This document shows positions 8,999 through 18,159 of a DNA stretch of 64,000 nucleotides, one piece after another. The notes beneath the pieces are model-generated. The model ran no database searches. It had not been told where the DNA came from and was given only the letters and a program-made list of their open reading frames with translations. Both the position numbers and the translations under genes were made by a program. Where the stretch lies: the NCBI GenBank assembly GCA_018267055.1, contig JAFDZF010000120.1, positions 4,416 to 68,415 of the forward strand, in the 5' to 3' direction. The number at the start of each line of letters is the position of its first letter. Positions within the stretch are counted from its first letter, which is position 1. The stretch is from Bacteroidota bacterium. GTDB lineage: Bacteria > Bacteroidota > Bacteroidia > Flavobacteriales_F > PHOS-HE28.

Positions 8999-9574
8999 AT
9001 GGACCAGCCACAACGCCTGATCATCCGCAACATGGTGTGCGACCGCTGCCGGGCGGCCGTGCGGCAGGTGCTGGACGACCGCCACGTGCCTTGGACCCAC
9101 CTGGACCTGGGCGAAGTGGAGCTGGCCCGGCCGCTGGACGGACCGGCCCTGGACGGCCTGCGCGAGGACCTCCGGCAGGCGGGCTTCGATCTGGTGGACG
9201 ACCGGACGGCCCAGCTGATCGTGCGCGCCAAGGGCCTGATCATCGAGGCCATCCACCACAGCGGGCCGACGGCGGGGCGCGTGAAGCTTTCGACCCTGCT
9301 GGGCCAGGGGCTCGGCCGGGACTATTCCAGCATCGGCGCCGCCTTCTCCCAGGTGGAGGGGATCACGGTGGAGCAGTACTTCCTGCTGCAGCGCATCGAG
9401 CGCGTGAAGGAGCTGGTCCGTTATGGCGACCTGACGTTGAGCGAGATCGCCGACCGCACCGGCTTCAGCAGCGTGGCCCACCTGAGCGCGCAGTTCAAGA
9501 AGCTCACGGGGATGACGCCCACCGCCTTCAAGGACCTCAGCGGGGGCCGGCTGCCGCTGGACCGGGTGGGCTAG
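8999..9574 (+). CDS. AraC-family transcriptional regulator with N-terminal HMA-like MxCxxC segment
   Basis: The C-terminal AraC HTH (LSEIADRTGFSSVAHLSAQFKKLTGMTPTAFK) is preceded by IIRNMVCDRCRAAVRQVL. The ATG at 8999 was verified. Confidence 0.8.
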   Translation: MDQPQRLIIRNMVCDRCRAAVRQVLDDRHVPWTHLDLGEVELARPLDGPALDGLREDLRQAGFDLVDDRTAQLIVRAKGLIIEAIHHSGPTAGRVKLSTLLGQGLGRDYSSIGAAFSQVEGITVEQYFLLQRIERVKELVRYGDLTLSEIADRTGFSSVAHLSAQFKKLTGMTPTAFKDLSGGRLPLDRVG

Positions 9575-9623
9575 GCCGGGAACGCGAACGCCGCGCATCG
9601 GGGAGATGTGCGGCGTTCCTCAG

Positions 9624-9697
9624 TGACCCCGCCAGGACTCGAACCTGGAACCAACAGAACCGGAATCTGTCATTCTATCCAATTGAACTACGGGGCC
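9624..9697 (-). tRNA. tRNA-Arg (anticodon CCG)
   Basis: The reverse complement folds by hand into a 74-nt cloverleaf: GGCCCCG-TA-GTTC-AATTGGATA-GAAT-G-ACAGA-TTCCGGT-TCTGT-TGGTT-CCAGG-TTCGAGT-CCTGG-CGGGGTC-A. The anticodon loop is TT-CCG-GT. CCA is not encoded. Confidence 0.93.
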
Positions 9698-9745
9698 AGG
9701 ATGTCCACCCGGAAGGCCGGGGTCCCACTTTGCGGTGAGCGGGCG

Positions 9746-9753
9746 CGAAGATA
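9746..9753 (-). promoter_or_regulatory. -7-like box TATCTTCG (revcomp of CGAAGATA) upstream of tRNA-Arg
   Basis: TAnnTTCG variant, 48 nt upstream of the tRNA 5' end (9697). Confidence 0.4.
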
Positions 9754-9762
9754 GCGTTGCGC

Positions 9763-10695
9763 TCAGTGCGCAGCGAGCCGGATGCGCATGCGCATCAGAT
9801 CGGTGGCTCCCTGCACGTCCTCCACGGCGTCCCATTCCAGGCGCATGCGCTGGTCGTTCAGCCGCAGGGTGTCGGCGGCGGCGGCGCGGAGGGCGGTGCG
9901 GCTTTCCGGTGTGGGGAAGAGCGTGGCCAGGCGGGTGGAAGGGCGCAGGTCCTCGGCCCGGACGGCCTGTCCGCTGGCGGCGGCCTGGGCGGCCAGCCAG
10001 CGGGCGGTGCGCCCGAAGGCCCCGTACATCCGGTCGGCGGGCCCGGTCCGCCGGAGGACCACCGCGCTGCCGGCTCCCGGCATGTCGGAGGTGAGCGTGC
10101 CTTCGGTGTAAGCGTAGCGCATGGACTGTTCCCGCGCCGGCCAGGCCAGGATGACGCGGTCGTCGCTGTCCACCCCCCAGCGCCCGTCCTCCTCCACGGT
10201 GGCCGAGCCGTGGCCGTTGGAGGTGTACATGGTCACCAGCCCGTCCTCGAACAGGTCGAACCGCACCGAGCGGGCCCCGGTGGGGTCCTGGAAATCGACG
10301 GCATAGCTCCCGGCCATGCGTCCATCGGGCACGGGGTCGCATTGGAGGGAGGCGTCCAGGTGCTGGAAGGTACCGGTGATCAGGGCGCTGTCGGGCCGCC
10401 CGGCGGGGCCGACCACGCCCAGGTGGCCGGTGCACCACACCTTCATCCACTGGCCGGGCCGGGTGCGGAAGTAGCGGTACTTCGGCGCCAGGGAGTCCAG
10501 CGCGGGGCCCGTGAGGCGGTAGCGTTTGCCGCTGCCGCACAGGCGGATCGTGGTGTCGCCGGCGGTGATGCGGGCCTCGCCGATCCAGTTGGTGTCGCGC
10601 GGGGCCGCCCCATCGGCCGCATCGGTCCCGGACGGGGTGCGGCAGGCGCCGGCGGAAAGGAGCAGGGCTAGGGCCGCGAAGGGCAGGGGGCGCAT
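9763..10695 (-). CDS. hypothetical lipoprotein
   Basis: ATG at 10695 gives MRPLPFAALALLLSAGAC (signal peptide plus lipobox Cys). The rest is protein-like (W/Y/D-rich) but I recognise no family. Confidence 0.65.
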   Translation of the reverse strand: MRPLPFAALALLLSAGACRTPSGTDAADGAAPRDTNWIGEARITAGDTTIRLCGSGKRYRLTGPALDSLAPKYRYFRTRPGQWMKVWCTGHLGVVGPAGRPDSALITGTFQHLDASLQCDPVPDGRMAGSYAVDFQDPTGARSVRFDLFEDGLVTMYTSNGHGSATVEEDGRWGVDSDDRVILAWPAREQSMRYAYTEGTLTSDMPGAGSAVVLRRTGPADRMYGAFGRTARWLAAQAAASGQAVRAEDLRPSTRLATLFPTPESRTALRAAAADTLRLNDQRMRLEWDAVEDVQGATDLMRMRIRLAAH

Positions 10696-10791
10696 GGGTG
10701 GGAAGGTGGAGAACGGCCACCCGGGAGGGCGGCCGGGCGCGAACTTAACGGACCGGTGATACATGCGGCCCCTTCCCAGGCCGATAAAGCG

Positions 10792-10799
10792 TACCTTCG
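10792..10799 (+). promoter_or_regulatory. -7-like box TACCTTCG for typA
   Basis: TAnnTTCG variant, 54 nt upstream of the ATG at 10854. Confidence 0.45.
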
Positions 10800-10853
10800 C
10801 GCGCCTTTTTCCAGGCCTATGGACCGCCTTCGCCGGGCTACGGCGACCGAAGC

Positions 10854-12674
10854 ATGACCGAACTGCGCAACATCGCCATCATCGCCCACGTGGACCACGG
10901 CAAGACCACGCTGGTGGACCGTATCCTGCACCAGTGCCAGCTCTTCCGCACCAACGAGGAGGTGGGCGAGCTGCTGCTGGACAACAACGACCTGGAGCGG
11001 GAGCGCGGCATCACCATCCTGAGCAAGAACGTCAGCGTGCGCTACAAGGGCGTGAAGATCAACGTGATCGACACCCCGGGCCACAGCGACTTCGGCGGCG
11101 AGGTGGAGCGCGTGCTCAACATGGCCGACGGCGTGCTGCTGCTGGTGGACGCCTTCGAGGGCGCCATGCCGCAGACCCGCTTCGTGCTGGGCAAGGCCAT
11201 CCAGCTCGGCCTCAAGCCCATCGTGGTGATCAACAAGGTGGACAAGCCCAACTGCACCCCCGAGGAGGTGCACGAGCAGGTGTTCGACCTGATGTTCGCC
11301 CTGGACGCCACCGAGGAGCAGCTCGATTTCCCCGTGGTGTACGGCAGCAGCAAACAGGGCTGGATGGGGCCCGATCCGAAGACCCCGACCGAGGACGTGA
11401 GCTACCTGCTGGACATGATCGTGCAGCACATCCCCGCGCCGAAGAAGGTGGACGGGACGTTGCAGATGCGCATCACCAGCCTTGATTACAGCAGCTTCCA
11501 GGGCCGCATCGCCGTGGGCCGCGTAACGCGCGGCACCATCAAGCCGGGCCAGAACGTGAGCCTCGCGAAAAGCGACGGTTCCTTCAAGAAAGGCAAGGTG
11601 GCCGAGCTGATGGTGTTCGAGGGCCTGGGCAAGGAGAAGGTGAAGGACCGCGAGCTGTCCAGCGGCGAGATCTGCGCCGTGATGGGCCTGGACGGCTTCG
11701 ACATCGGCGACACCATCGCCGACTTCGAGAACCCCGAGGCGCTGCCCTTCGTGAAGGTGGACGAGCCGACGATGAGCATGCTCTTCACCATCAACACCTC
11801 GCCGTTCTTCGGCCGCGAAGGCGAGTTCGTGACGAGCCGCCACCTGCGCGATCGCCTCTACAAGGAGATCGAGAAGAACCTCGCGATGAAGATCGAGGAG
11901 ACCGGCTCGCCGGACAAGCTGCTGGTCTACGGCCGCGGCATCCTGCACCTGGGCATCCTGGTGGAGACCATGCGCCGCGAGGGGTACGAGTTCCAGCTGG
12001 GCCAGCCCCAGGTGATCCTGAAGGAGATCGACGGCCAGAAGTGCGAGCCCATCGAAGCGCTCACCGTGCAGGTGCCCGAGGCCTTCAGCAGCAAGGTGAT
12101 CGACCTGGTCTCGCGCCGCAAGGGCGAACTGCTCAGCGTGGAACTGAAGGGCGACCGCGTGAACGTGGAGTTCAACATCCCCGCGCGCGGCATCATCGGC
12201 CTGCGCAACCCGCTGCTCACCGCCACCGAGGGCGAGGCCATCATCGCGCACCGCTTCAAGGGCTATGAGCCCTGGAAAGGCGAATTCCAGCGCAGCCGCC
12301 CGGGCTGCATCGTCAGCGCGGAAACGGGCACGGCCATCGCCTACGCCATCGACAAGCTGCAGGACCGCGGCAAGTTCTTCGTGGAGCCCGGCGAGGAGGT
12401 CTACGCCGGCCAGGTGATCGGTGAGAGCCCCAAGCCCGATGAGGAACTGGGGGTGAACATCATCCGCGTGAAGAAGCTCACCAACATGCGCGCCAGCGGC
12501 AGCGACGAGAAGACCAGCATCGCCCCGGCCGTGAAGTTCAGCCTGGAGGAGTGCATGGAGTACATCGCCGACGACGAGTACCTCGAGGTGACGCCCAAGA
12601 GCCTCCGCATCCGCAAGATCCTGCTCGACGAGAACGAGCGGAAGAAGGCGAGCAAGCGCACCGTCGAGGCCTAA
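10854..12674 (+). CDS. typA: translational GTPase TypA/BipA
   Basis: [17 protein letters not shown] (G1), DTPGH (G3), NKVD (G4), and full-length collinearity with BipA, including the C-terminal domain ending ...[18 protein letters not shown]. Confidence 0.97.
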   Translation: MTELRNIAIIAHVDHGKTTLVDRILHQCQLFRTNEEVGELLLDNNDLERERGITILSKNVSVRYKGVKINVIDTPGHSDFGGEVERVLNMADGVLLLVDAFEGAMPQTRFVLGKAIQLGLKPIVVINKVDKPNCTPEEVHEQVFDLMFALDATEEQLDFPVVYGSSKQGWMGPDPKTPTEDVSYLLDMIVQHIPAPKKVDGTLQMRITSLDYSSFQGRIAVGRVTRGTIKPGQNVSLAKSDGSFKKGKVAELMVFEGLGKEKVKDRELSSGEICAVMGLDGFDIGDTIADFENPEALPFVKVDEPTMSMLFTINTSPFFGREGEFVTSRHLRDRLYKEIEKNLAMKIEETGSPDKLLVYGRGILHLGILVETMRREGYEFQLGQPQVILKEIDGQKCEPIEALTVQVPEAFSSKVIDLVSRRKGELLSVELKGDRVNVEFNIPARGIIGLRNPLLTATEGEAIIAHRFKGYEPWKGEFQRSRPGCIVSAETGTAIAYAIDKLQDRGKFFVEPGEEVYAGQVIGESPKPDEELGVNIIRVKKLTNMRASGSDEKTSIAPAVKFSLEECMEYIADDEYLEVTPKSLRIRKILLDENERKKASKRTVEA

Positions 12675-12723
12675 GCGCCCCGGCCATCGCGCGGGCTTGG
12701 GCGGGCATCCGGTGACGGCGGCC

Positions 12724-13857
12724 TCAGCCCTTCTGGATCCTGGGCAGGGCCTCCTCCACGGGCTTGGCCACCTTCTTGCGGAACCAGCCGATGCCGCGGT
12801 CCATGAACCCGATGTGCAGGTCGAAGCGGTGCACGTAGTTGAGGCGGATGTTGCCCACGCTCCATGAGAAGCGGTTGCGCTCGTCGATCAGGTAGCCGAT
12901 GTTCTCCTGGTTGAACGAGATCCCCACATAGCGCTTCGCGCCGTTGTAGCCCGCTCCCGCCCGGATCTGCGCATGCCAGCCGGGGCCGGTATCGGTCCGG
13001 GTGCGCGTGGTGGCGCCCCCGTCCACCGGGTCCGTTTCGGCCTGCTGCACGCTGAGGCCCGCGCCCACCACCAGCGAGCCGGTGAGGAACCAGTGCTCCC
13101 TGTGCACGAACGTGTAGGTGTAGCCGCCCATCGGGCCCACGTCCCAGAACGTCCCCTTCACCAGGTGCAGGCCGCTCTCGAACCGGTCGTCCAGCGCGCT
13201 GGGCACCAGGGAGGAGTCGGCGCGCAGGCTGAACCAGGTGGCGTAGCCGCCCACCAGCCAGGAGCCTTGGCTCTTGCGCTGCCAGGCGTCCTGGTTGAAG
13301 GCCGCGCGGTAGCTGAAGCGCTCGTTGTTCACGATGTGCACCGAGCTCACGCCGACGTTGAACTCGCGGAGGTCGGCGCGCGTGGGGAAGGTGGTCCGCT
13401 GGTCCCAGCCGAGCTCGCTGAGCTGGTGCGAGCTGATGAAATAGCCGGCGAAGCGCTGCAGGAAGAGGTTGGTGGCCCAGCGCTTGGTGTGGATGTTCGC
13501 CTGCGCGTCGATATAGCGGGTGCGGCCCCGGATCGCATCGTCGCGGTTCAGCAGCGGGATGCCCACGCCGATGTTCAGCGTGAGCGCGCGGTAGCTGGCC
13601 CCCACGCCGAAGTTCACCCGGTTGTTCGGCCGGAACGACAGGTCGCGCTCCCCCTCCCGCGCGCCGAGGAGCAGCCGGTTGTACTTGGTGCTCATGTACA
13701 GCCGGCCCGTGAGGATGCGTGAATAGTCGTGCACGTACGCCGTGTCGAACGCGTCCCGGTCCCGCACGGGCTGCTGGGCCGCGGCGTGGATCCCCGCCAG
13801 GAGCAGCGCGGGCACCAGCAGGCTGCGCGGGCGTAGGGGGATGGCGGATAGGACCAC
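12724..13857 (-). CDS. predicted outer-membrane beta-barrel protein (DUF4421-like)
   Basis: Signal peptide ...LLLAGIHAAAQQ, then alternating amphipathic strands rich in Y/F/G/N. The only possible start is GTG at 13857 (there is no in-frame ATG before the signal peptide). Confidence 0.6.
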   Translation of the reverse strand: MVLSAIPLRPRSLLVPALLLAGIHAAAQQPVRDRDAFDTAYVHDYSRILTGRLYMSTKYNRLLLGAREGERDLSFRPNNRVNFGVGASYRALTLNIGVGIPLLNRDDAIRGRTRYIDAQANIHTKRWATNLFLQRFAGYFISSHQLSELGWDQRTTFPTRADLREFNVGVSSVHIVNNERFSYRAAFNQDAWQRKSQGSWLVGGYATWFSLRADSSLVPSALDDRFESGLHLVKGTFWDVGPMGGYTYTFVHREHWFLTGSLVVGAGLSVQQAETDPVDGGATTRTRTDTGPGWHAQIRAGAGYNGAKRYVGISFNQENIGYLIDERNRFSWSVGNIRLNYVHRFDLHIGFMDRGIGWFRKKVAKPVEEALPRIQKG

Positions 13858-13985
13858 GGTGCAAAGGTCGCCTCCCGCTCAATTGCCATGCCGCGATGGA
13901 CGCGGTGCGGCGCATGGATCGAACCTCCGGTGCGGTGGCGTGTACGGGCGCTTGGATCCGACCGGTCCACCTAACACCCTTCCCC

Positions 13986-15314
13986 ATGAAGAAGTCGCTC
14001 ATCATCGCCGGCGTGATCGCGGTGCTTTCCGCGGTGGCGCTTGTCCTGCTGTCCTTCCGCCCGGCCCCCAAGGCCTGCTGCGTGGAACCTCCCCTGTCCG
14101 CCCCGCCGAAGGGGTGCGTGTTCAAGACCATCTATGAAGGCGAGGGCGTGGGGCCCGACTTCCTGCTGGCGACCCCGGCCGAAGTGCTTGCCGCCGAGGG
14201 CAAGGCCTACGATTGGATGTTGCGGGCGCAGAACACGGACGGCGGGTTCGCCGCCGGCACCCACGCCCGGCAGGACGTGATGGACCCGCACGCCTCGCCC
14301 AGCGATCCGGCCACGACGGCCATGGTGAGCATGGCGCTGCTGCGCGCCGGCAGCACGCCCGCCGAGGGGCGCTTCGCCAATGTGCTGGCGCGCACCACCG
14401 AGTTCCTCCTGAAGGCCGTGGAGGGCGCACCGGAAGGCGCGCTCAACATCACCGACCTCACCGGCACCCAGATCCAGGTGAAGCTGGGCCAGAACATCGA
14501 CGTGGCGCTCACCGCGCAATACCTCAGCAACCTGATGGGCCGCATGCCCTGCAACGATCCCAAGCACGACCGCTGGCTGCAGGCCCTGAACAAGTGCACC
14601 CGCAAGATCCAGAACGCGCAGACGAGCAACGGCAGCGTGGCCGGTAACGGCTGGGCGGGCGTGCTGCAGTCGAGCTTCGCCACGAACGCGCTCGAGAGCG
14701 CGCAGCACGTGGGCGGCGAGGTGGACGAGCAGGCGCTGGACAAGGCCCGCGACTTCCAGAAGGCCAACTTCGACGTGAACACCGGCAGCGTGGCCACGGA
14801 CGCGGCGGCGGGCGTGACGCTGTACGCGGTGAGCGGCAGCACGCGCAGCAGCGCCAAGGAGGCGCGCGAGGCCAATGAGCGGCTGGAGGAAGCGAAGAAG
14901 GACGGCAAGGTGGAGAAGGCCGCCCCGGTGACGGTGGAGAGCCTGCAAAAGGCCGGCTACACGAAGGACGAGGCCGAGAAGGCCCACACGGCGTGGAACG
15001 TCTACAACGCGGCCAAGGTGCAGGCCCAGTCCGATGACGTGCTGCGCGGCTTCGGCAACAACGGCGGCGAGGAGTTCCTCAGCTTCCTCCAGACCGGCGA
15101 GTCGCTCATCATCGGCAAGGACGCCACCTGGAAGAACTGGTACGATTCCACCACGGCGCGGCTGATCGGCATCCAGAACAACGACGGCAGCTGGAGCGGC
15201 CACCACTGCATCACCAGCCCGGTGTTCTGCACGGCCACCTCGCTGCTGATCCTCAGCGTGAACAACGACATCGACGCGCTGGTGGCCCAGGGGGCCACGG
15301 TGAAGCGGAAGTGA
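13986..15314 (+). CDS. membrane-anchored prenyltransferase/squalene-oxidase-repeat (terpenoid-cyclase-fold) protein
   Basis: ATG 13986 gives MKKSLIIAGVIAVLSAVALVLL (N-terminal TM helix). Repeats of the type QNTDGGFAAG, QTSNGSVAGNGW and QNNDGSWSGHH are typical of alpha/alpha-toroid prenyltransferase-like repeats. Confidence 0.65.
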   Translation: MKKSLIIAGVIAVLSAVALVLLSFRPAPKACCVEPPLSAPPKGCVFKTIYEGEGVGPDFLLATPAEVLAAEGKAYDWMLRAQNTDGGFAAGTHARQDVMDPHASPSDPATTAMVSMALLRAGSTPAEGRFANVLARTTEFLLKAVEGAPEGALNITDLTGTQIQVKLGQNIDVALTAQYLSNLMGRMPCNDPKHDRWLQALNKCTRKIQNAQTSNGSVAGNGWAGVLQSSFATNALESAQHVGGEVDEQALDKARDFQKANFDVNTGSVATDAAAGVTLYAVSGSTRSSAKEAREANERLEEAKKDGKVEKAAPVTVESLQKAGYTKDEAEKAHTAWNVYNAAKVQAQSDDVLRGFGNNGGEEFLSFLQTGESLIIGKDATWKNWYDSTTARLIGIQNNDGSWSGHHCITSPVFCTATSLLILSVNNDIDALVAQGATVKRK

Positions 15315-15463
15315 GCTCGGGTGCTTCCGCGTGATGAGGCCCGGGGTGGGAGCGTTCCTGCCCCGGGCATCGTCGTTGCCCCCGGACGGCCTGCGGCGAG
15401 TTACGCCGGGCCCATGCGACCTTTGACCCGCTCCGGCGCGTCCATCCTCCGCCGGCATCCCGC

Positions 15464-16570
15464 ATGATCCTCTGGACCTTGTTCGCGTTGTTGGCGGCGC
15501 TCGTCCTGGCCTTCGCGGCCTATATGCGGTGGTCGCCGCGCGTGGGCGGTGCTCCGGCGGGTGCGCGCCAGGCGCGCATCCAGGCCTCGCCCAGCCAGGT
15601 GGGCGGCCGGTTCGTCAACCTGGTGGAGACGCCGATGGACCTGCCGGCCGGCAAGATGCTGCAGGTGCTCTGGCGGATGCTGCGGGAAGGGCAGGGGCGC
15701 CGCCCTGTGGACGCGATCCCCACCGTACCCTTCGACCGTGCGGCCTGGGAGCGACTGCCCGACACGGGGTATGCGTTGGCCTGGTTCGGGCATTCATCGC
15801 TGCTGCTGAAGATGGACGGCGTCACCTTCCTCCTCGACCCGGTCTTCGGTGAGCGCGCGTCCACCTTCTCCTTCATCGGGCCCAAGCGCTTCCGCTATAC
15901 CGCGCGCATGCAGGCGGACCAGCTGCCGCGCGTGGACGTGGTGCTGCTCTCGCACGACCATTACGACCACCTGGACCACGCGACCATCGCGCAGCTCACG
16001 GACCGGCGGTTCATCGCCCCGCTCGGCGTGGGCGCGCACCTGGAGCGCTGGGGCGTGCCCGCGTCGGCCATCACGGAGCTCGACCGCTGGGAGCAGGTGC
16101 AGGTGGGCGCGGTGACCCTCACGCTGGCGCCGACGCGCCATTTCAGCGGGCGCAAGCTGGGCGACCGCCTCCGCACGCTCTGGGGCTCGTGGGTGATCGC
16201 CGGCGCGCGGCAGCGCGTCTATTTCGGGGCCGATTCGGGGTATTCGCCCACGTTCCGGGAGGTGGGGGAACGCTTCGGGCCGTTCGACCTGGCCTTGCTC
16301 GAGTGCGGGGCGTACAACGCCGACTGGAGCCTGATCCACATGTTCCCCGAGCAGACCGCGCAGGCGGCCCTGGACGTGAAGGCGCAGCGGCTCATGCCCA
16401 TCCATTGGGCCACCTTCGACCTGGCCCTGCATCCCTGGAAGGAGCCCATCGAGCGGCTGGGCGTCCGGGCGGCCGAGCTGGGCCTTCCGCTGCTGACGCC
16501 GCGCATCGGGCGCATCGTCCAGGACGGCGATCCCGCGGCCTCCGAGCCCTGGTGGGCGGGTGTGCGCTGA
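15464..16570 (+). CDS. MBL-fold metallo-hydrolase (NAPE-PLD-like)
   Basis: N-terminal TM helix, then LLSHDHYDHLD (the HxHxDH metal motif) and distal H/D ligands (PTRHFSGR, CGAYN...IHMFPE, MPIHWATF). Confidence 0.8.
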   Translation: MILWTLFALLAALVLAFAAYMRWSPRVGGAPAGARQARIQASPSQVGGRFVNLVETPMDLPAGKMLQVLWRMLREGQGRRPVDAIPTVPFDRAAWERLPDTGYALAWFGHSSLLLKMDGVTFLLDPVFGERASTFSFIGPKRFRYTARMQADQLPRVDVVLLSHDHYDHLDHATIAQLTDRRFIAPLGVGAHLERWGVPASAITELDRWEQVQVGAVTLTLAPTRHFSGRKLGDRLRTLWGSWVIAGARQRVYFGADSGYSPTFREVGERFGPFDLALLECGAYNADWSLIHMFPEQTAQAALDVKAQRLMPIHWATFDLALHPWKEPIERLGVRAAELGLPLLTPRIGRIVQDGDPAASEPWWAGVR

Positions 16571-16580
16571 CCCCATGAAA

Positions 16581-16615
16581 GCCCAAGGCGCCGGCCGATG
16601 GCCGACGCCTTGGGC
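16581..16615. terminator. bidirectional hairpin between convergent genes
   Basis: GCCCAAGGCG-C-CGGCC-GAT-GGCCG-A-CGCCTTGGGC. The 10-bp outer stem plus the 5-bp inner stem were checked base by base. The hairpin lies between the stops at 16570 (+) and 16640 (-). Confidence 0.6.
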
Positions 16616-16639
16616 GCGCGGAACAAGGGGAGCTGATGC

Positions 16640-17236
16640 CTATCGGGTGACCACCAAGCGCTCGCGCGACACCATGTCGCCCTGGCCGTTCTTGAGCACC
16701 AAGGTATAGGTGCCCACTTCCAGGCCGGAGATGTCGAGCGTGCCGTTGGCGGGAACGGCGCTCTCCATCACCAGGCGGCCGTTCACGTCGAGCACGTGGA
16801 TGCGCGAGGAGGCATCAGTGGCCTGGACGCCCAGGCGCACGGTGCTGGCAGCGGGGTTCGGGCTCAGCGTCATCGGCAGCAGGGCGTTGTGCTCGCCCAC
16901 GCCCGTCGACGAGGTCACGATGATCATGCCCTTCATGCCCATGCTCGCATGCGGGATGCACACGTAGTAGTAGGTGCCGGGCATGGCGAAGGTGATGGTG
17001 TGGGTGCCCGCGCTGTAGTTGAAGCCGCCGTTGGAGGTGTTGCCGTCGGCGTTCCAGGTGGATTCCGACACTTCGGTGCAGGTATGGGGCGAGGGGAGCA
17101 CGAGGTGGATGTCGTCGGCCGTGGTCATGGTGATCACGTCCGGGCTGAAGGTGAAGCCCGAGTTGGTGAGCTCGAACGTTTCAGCGTTGGCGCAGAGGGC
17201 GGTGGAGGCAAGGATCGCGGTGTACAGTGTTTTCAT
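16640..17236 (-). CDS. T9SS-sorted type-1 (blue) copper protein, plastocyanin/pseudoazurin-like cupredoxin
   Basis: ATG 17236 gives MKTLYTAILASTALCANA. The copper-site motif YYYVCIPHASMGM (C-x2-H-x4-M) has an upstream His (LPSPHTC). The CTD is LSPNPAASTVRLGV...GTYTLVLKNGQGDMVSRERLVVTR. Confidence 0.8.
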   Translation of the reverse strand: MKTLYTAILASTALCANAETFELTNSGFTFSPDVITMTTADDIHLVLPSPHTCTEVSESTWNADGNTSNGGFNYSAGTHTITFAMPGTYYYVCIPHASMGMKGMIIVTSSTGVGEHNALLPMTLSPNPAASTVRLGVQATDASSRIHVLDVNGRLVMESAVPANGTLDISGLEVGTYTLVLKNGQGDMVSRERLVVTR

Positions 17237-17415
17237 GTTGGGGAGGTTGGTCTGACGGGTTCTCGTGATGGGGTGACGTTGCAAAGCCACGGAAAGTTCG
17301 ATATGGCCCGCGGAGGACGACGAAAAAACGATCCCCCCGGTGGGCCATGCCGCCGGCCCATCGCACGACCATTATCGGATCCCTGACCGTCCATCCCCGG
17401 GATCCGGCCGGGAAC

Positions 17416-17447
17416 GAAGAAGCCCCTCCGGGGGGAGGGGCTTCTTC
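17416..17447 (-). terminator. hairpin downstream of the lipoprotein operon
   Basis: GAAGAAGCCCCTCC-GGGG-GGAGGGGCTTCTTC, a perfect 14-bp stem. It lies 17 nt beyond the stop at 17464. No U-tract follows on the minus strand. Confidence 0.5.
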
Positions 17448-17463
17448 ACGTTCGGGGAGCGGC

Positions 17464-18069
17464 TCAGTGGTTGCCCAACTTCTCCATCTCCTTGTCGAAG
17501 GTCTCCTTGAACTTCTCGTAGTCGTAGTCGATGCGCAGGCGGTCGTCCTTGCTCAGGCGCTCGTTGTAGGCGGCCAGCAGGTCCTGGGCGCTGAGCTCGA
17601 TGGCCACGTAGCATTTGTAATTGCCGGTGGCGTCCACGCGCACCATCTTCTCGCAGATGGTCCGGGTACCGCTCAGGCGCTGGTCCAGCACCTCGCGGGT
17701 GAGGCCCTCGAAGCGCTCGGCCACCTCCTCCTTGTTGTTCATCTCCCGGCTGTTCACGTAGTTGTCGACCACGCCCTTGATCTGGGTGTTGATGGCGCTG
17801 GCCATGTCGGCGCGGGCGTTGGCGAGGGCCTTCTTCTTCGCGGTGGCCTGGTCCATGCTCTCGCCCAGGTTGTTGGCGCGGAAGTTCTTGTCATCGGTGA
17901 AGAACTCCGGGCCGGAGCACATCACCTTCACCTCGGTCTCACCGCCCGGGGGCTTGGCCGCTTCGGCCTCGGCCTTCTTCTTCTTGCTCTTGCAGGCGCT
18001 CAGACCGCCCACGAGCATCAAGGCCGTGAGGGCGATGGAGAGGGTACGGCTGGTAGTAAGCGTCTTCAT
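17464..18069 (-). CDS. small lipoprotein, LPP20-like
   Basis: ATG 18069 gives MKTLTTSRTLSIALTALMLVGGLSAC (lipobox). The mature part has the LPP20-type pattern G.S...A.KKALANARADMASAINTQIKGVV. Confidence 0.6.
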   Translation of the reverse strand: MKTLTTSRTLSIALTALMLVGGLSACKSKKKKAEAEAAKPPGGETEVKVMCSGPEFFTDDKNFRANNLGESMDQATAKKKALANARADMASAINTQIKGVVDNYVNSREMNNKEEVAERFEGLTREVLDQRLSGTRTICEKMVRVDATGNYKCYVAIELSAQDLLAAYNERLSKDDRLRIDYDYEKFKETFDKEMEKLGNH

Positions 18070-18159
18070 GGTCGGTCGTCGTTGGTGGTCCTTGTTCGGG
18101 ATGGATGTTGCGGATGTCTTTTCCAATGGTGTGCCAAACTTCCGGAATGCCCGCCGTTC

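Noticed and set aside
9575-9762. tRNA-Arg as a possible genomic-island integration site
   Set aside because: No integrase, excisionase, phage or IS gene lies on either side. I saw no direct repeat of the tRNA 3' end nearby, and the flanking genes have native-looking composition.
13862-13869. A -7-like box GACCTTTG (revcomp of CAAAGGTC) 4 nt upstream of the DUF4421-like gene
   Set aside because: The only available start codon there is GTG (13857). A leaderless GTG start is doubtful, so I did not list the box as a promoter feature.
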